64,000 nucleotides of DNA from an uncultured Verrucomicrobiales bacterium (GTDB taxonomy: Bacteria; Verrucomicrobiota; Verrucomicrobiia; Verrucomicrobiales; Akkermansiaceae), in contig CBFGTW010000006.1 of the NCBI GenBank assembly GCA_965651855.1, positions 716 through 64,715 of the forward strand. The letters are read 5' to 3'. The translations under genes and the position numbers were made by a program. The notes under the pieces were generated by a model, which had not been told where the DNA came from, made no database searches, and worked only from the letters and a program-made list of their open reading frames with translations. Positions 61,779-64,000 of the stretch are shown in pieces (position 1 is the stretch's first letter; the number at the start of each line of letters is the position of its first letter).

Positions 61779-62978
61779 ATGAAAACTCCGGCCGTTCTCC
61801 TCATGCTCGCCGCGCTGAACCTCGGCGCGCTTTCCGCGCAACAGCCGCGGACGTGGACCGACCGCCAGGGCCGCACGCTCGAGGCGACCTATCTCGGGCA
61901 GGATGGGGAGAACGTCCACGTGCGCCGCACCACCGGCGGCGAGGTGAGAATTCCCAAGGAGACCTTGAGCGAGGCGGATCTTGCTTGGGTCGGAGCGGTC
62001 GCCGACCTTCCGGCGGGAACCGGCGGGCGTTTCAACGACGTGACCTTGCCCGTGGACTCGTGGCGGCCGCTGCCGGGCGGCCTGAAACTCGGCGGCCTCC
62101 ATTATTCCGAAACGCTCGAGACTGACCATTTCATCTTCGCCGGCGAGGCGCGGCTGCGCTCGAACATCCTCGCCGCGCACGCCGACGCCGCCGAGCGCCT
62201 GTGGCACGACATGGTCGCCGACTACCCCGGCCTCGCCGCCGCTTTCAAGGAGCGGAAAATGGTGATCCTGCTTCTCGATGGAAACGAGCAGGCGGACCGG
62301 CTCTCCGCTTGGCTGCGTTCCCACACCCGCGAGCATCCCGACGCCACCTACAGCGCCGGGCTGCGGACCAACTACATCCCGAGCATCACCTTCGGCCGGG
62401 AATTCGCGGCGGAGCACGGTTTCACCGCCGTCTCGCGGATGTTCCGCGTGGACACCACCAAGACCGAGCACCTCCGGCGCACTTGGGGCGAGCGGATCCA
62501 TTTCGTAAGTTCGGACATCCTCCGCCACTGGCTCGGCGCTCCAAACCGCACGGACGGCTCCACCTTCGCCCTGGTCCGGTTCTGCATGAGCTACTACCGC
62601 GAAGGCTCCATCTGTGGAAAAATCGAGTCGATCGTGGTCTTCGGCAGCTCCGCTCCGGTGGAGGGATTCAGCAACGGCAAGAATTGGCCCGGCGCCACCA
62701 AGAAACTCATCAAGGATGGCGCCGCGCCGGACATCGTGGAGTTTCTCAAGATCTCGCCGAGCGAGGCTCAGCCGCGCGACCTCGGCTTCGGCTACGGGCT
62801 GATGCGTTTCATCCACGACGATCCCACCCGCCTCGCCGGCTTCAACAAGATGCTCGGAACGATCGCGGAATCCGGTAACTCGCCCACGCCGCAGCAGTTC
62901 GCCGAGGCGCTCGGCTTCGCCTCGCCGGATGCGCTCAACATCGAGTGGCTCGCCTACATGAACAGCGACGCCTTCTGA
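61779..62978 (+). CDS. Secreted protein with N-terminal SHD1-like domain, unknown function
   Basis: Signal peptide MKTPAVLLMLAALNLGALSAQ. RTWTDRQGRTLEATYLGQDGENVHVRRTTGGEVRIPKETLSEADLAWV fits the SLA1-homology-domain-1 pattern common in Planctomycetes and Verrucomicrobia. The remaining ~320 aa are unassigned. An alternative ATG lies at 61761. Confidence 0.6.
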   Translation: MKTPAVLLMLAALNLGALSAQQPRTWTDRQGRTLEATYLGQDGENVHVRRTTGGEVRIPKETLSEADLAWVGAVADLPAGTGGRFNDVTLPVDSWRPLPGGLKLGGLHYSETLETDHFIFAGEARLRSNILAAHADAAERLWHDMVADYPGLAAAFKERKMVILLLDGNEQADRLSAWLRSHTREHPDATYSAGLRTNYIPSITFGREFAAEHGFTAVSRMFRVDTTKTEHLRRTWGERIHFVSSDILRHWLGAPNRTDGSTFALVRFCMSYYREGSICGKIESIVVFGSSAPVEGFSNGKNWPGATKKLIKDGAAPDIVEFLKISPSEAQPRDLGFGYGLMRFIHDDPTRLAGFNKMLGTIAESGNSPTPQQFAEALGFASPDALNIEWLAYMNSDAF

Positions 62979-64000
62979 GCCGCCGCCGCGTCCTCGGGCT
63001 GCCGCCGTTCTCGCAGCCGGATCTGCAAATCCGCCAGCGCGTTCATGAAATAGATATAGGCGTCGTAGGGGCTGGGATATGGCGTGAAATACGTGTGCAC
63101 ATCCCCGTCCGTGCCGTCCTTGGTGGACATCCAGTAGAAGTGGTCGGAGGTTTGCATCTTCGCCCAGGTGGCCGCGAGATCCGGATCCTTCGCGTCGAGC
63201 ACCGCCTGTTCGAGCCGGTGGATTTTCGCCAGCGCTTCCTGCTGCATCGGATTGCCCGCCCAGGCGGAAAGATCGCGCTCGCCGTCGGCCCAGGACGTGA
63301 GGAAATGGCAGTCGTACTCCCGCGCGGCCCGGTAGAGGGTGACCGCCTCGGTGGGTGTGACCCACTGCGAGCCCGCCTCGATCACCGCCTCGGGAAGGGC
63401 GCGCCAGAAGTCGAAGATCCCGGAGTCTTTCCCCTGATGCTCGCCGATCGACTCGTAGTCCATGCAGAGGTTCACCACGTCGCCGTCGCAGGCCGCGAGC
63501 CAAGCGGCGAACTTGTCGGCGGTGAGCGGCCGCTCGCACCAGTTCGGATCGGAATAGCGGAACGCGAGGTCGTCCGAGAGCGGGATGTTCCGCAGCAGCG
63601 TCTTGATCCGGGCGGTGTCCGGGGCGCGGTAGAGGAAGTTCGGCGACTGGCCGTTGAGCGTCCACGGCACGCCCTCGGCGAGAATGCCCTCGAAGCCCAG
63701 GGTTTCCGCCTGCGCGGCGATCGCGTTGTTGTAGATCAGCTCGGTGTTGCGGAACACCCGTGGACGCACGTGGAAGACCGCCTCGAGCTTGTCGAGATGC
63801 AGCTCCACCTGACGCTCGAATTCCTTCGTCGAGTGCACGAAGGCCAGCGAGTGATAATAGGTTTCCGCCAGCAGCTCGACGCCACCCGTGGCCACCAGTT
63901 CCTGAAACGACTCGAGCACGTCGGGCCGGTGGCGCTCCATCTGCTCGATCGCCGTTCCGCTGATCGAAAGCGCCAGGCGGAACCTCCCGCCGTGCTCTTC
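62954..64000 (-). CDS. Glycoside hydrolase family 57 (alpha-amylase-type) protein, 5'-truncated by the window edge
   Basis: The frame stays open to position 64000 (...EEHGGRFRLALSISGTAIEQMERHRP...). Motifs ETYYHSLAF, RNTELIYNN, VNLCMDYESIGEH and HFYWMSTK are typical of GH57. Confidence 0.75.
   Translation of the reverse strand, partial: EEHGGRFRLALSISGTAIEQMERHRPDVLESFQELVATGGVELLAETYYHSLAFVHSTKEFERQVELHLDKLEAVFHVRPRVFRNTELIYNNAIAAQAETLGFEGILAEGVPWTLNGQSPNFLYRAPDTARIKTLLRNIPLSDDLAFRYSDPNWCERPLTADKFAAWLAACDGDVVNLCMDYESIGEHQGKDSGIFDFWRALPEAVIEAGSQWVTPTEAVTLYRAAREYDCHFLTSWADGERDLSAWAGNPMQQEALAKIHRLEQAVLDAKDPDLAATWAKMQTSDHFYWMSTKDGTDGDVHTYFTPYPSPYDAYIYFMNALADLQIRLRERRQPEDAAAAQKASLFM

Overview
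High-GC chromosomal window with about 46 protein-coding genes and no rRNA, tRNA or CRISPR that I could see. The gene content suggests a Verrucomicrobiota (Opitutaceae-like) organism, but that is inference from gene families, not a database hit. The supporting families are an exosortase with several PEP-CTERM proteins, autotransporter-associated beta-strand (PATR) repeat proteins, Cys-type sulfatases with formylglycine-generating enzyme, an ECF sigma/FecR pair, a CotH/LTD/PA14 giant protein and a long-type IspG. Housekeeping genes are interspersed: truA, ruvX, pyrE, apbE, clpS, ispG, hppA and a GDP-mannose pyrophosphorylase.

Main observations:
1. The ispG ORF reads in frame through a roughly 790-bp, lower-GC insertion. 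It encodes a Y1/HUH (IS200/RAYT-like) transposase domain and is bracketed by perfect stem-loops.
2. A C-terminal module (DxDxDGDG-xN-xxEY-xxG-xDP followed by about 90 aa ending in F/L-x-R-L/V-R/K-V) recurs in six secreted proteins. Three paralogue pairs differ only in carrying this module versus a PEP-CTERM tail, which suggests an alternative sorting or anchoring tag.
3. A sulfatase island sits next to a divergent ECF-sigma/FecR pair and an FGE gene. It contains a roughly 250-aa domain of unknown function present three times.
4. Four low-GC intergenic palindromes are built from short word repeats.
5. Smaller items include an orphan PEP-CTERM tail, an ankyrin/L,D-transpeptidase fusion and an unlisted 43-aa lipoprotein gene.

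Many long ORFs in the supplied track are antisense or out-of-frame artefacts of the high GC content and were not called. Several real genes start well inside their listed ORFs, so starts were re-placed by hand.
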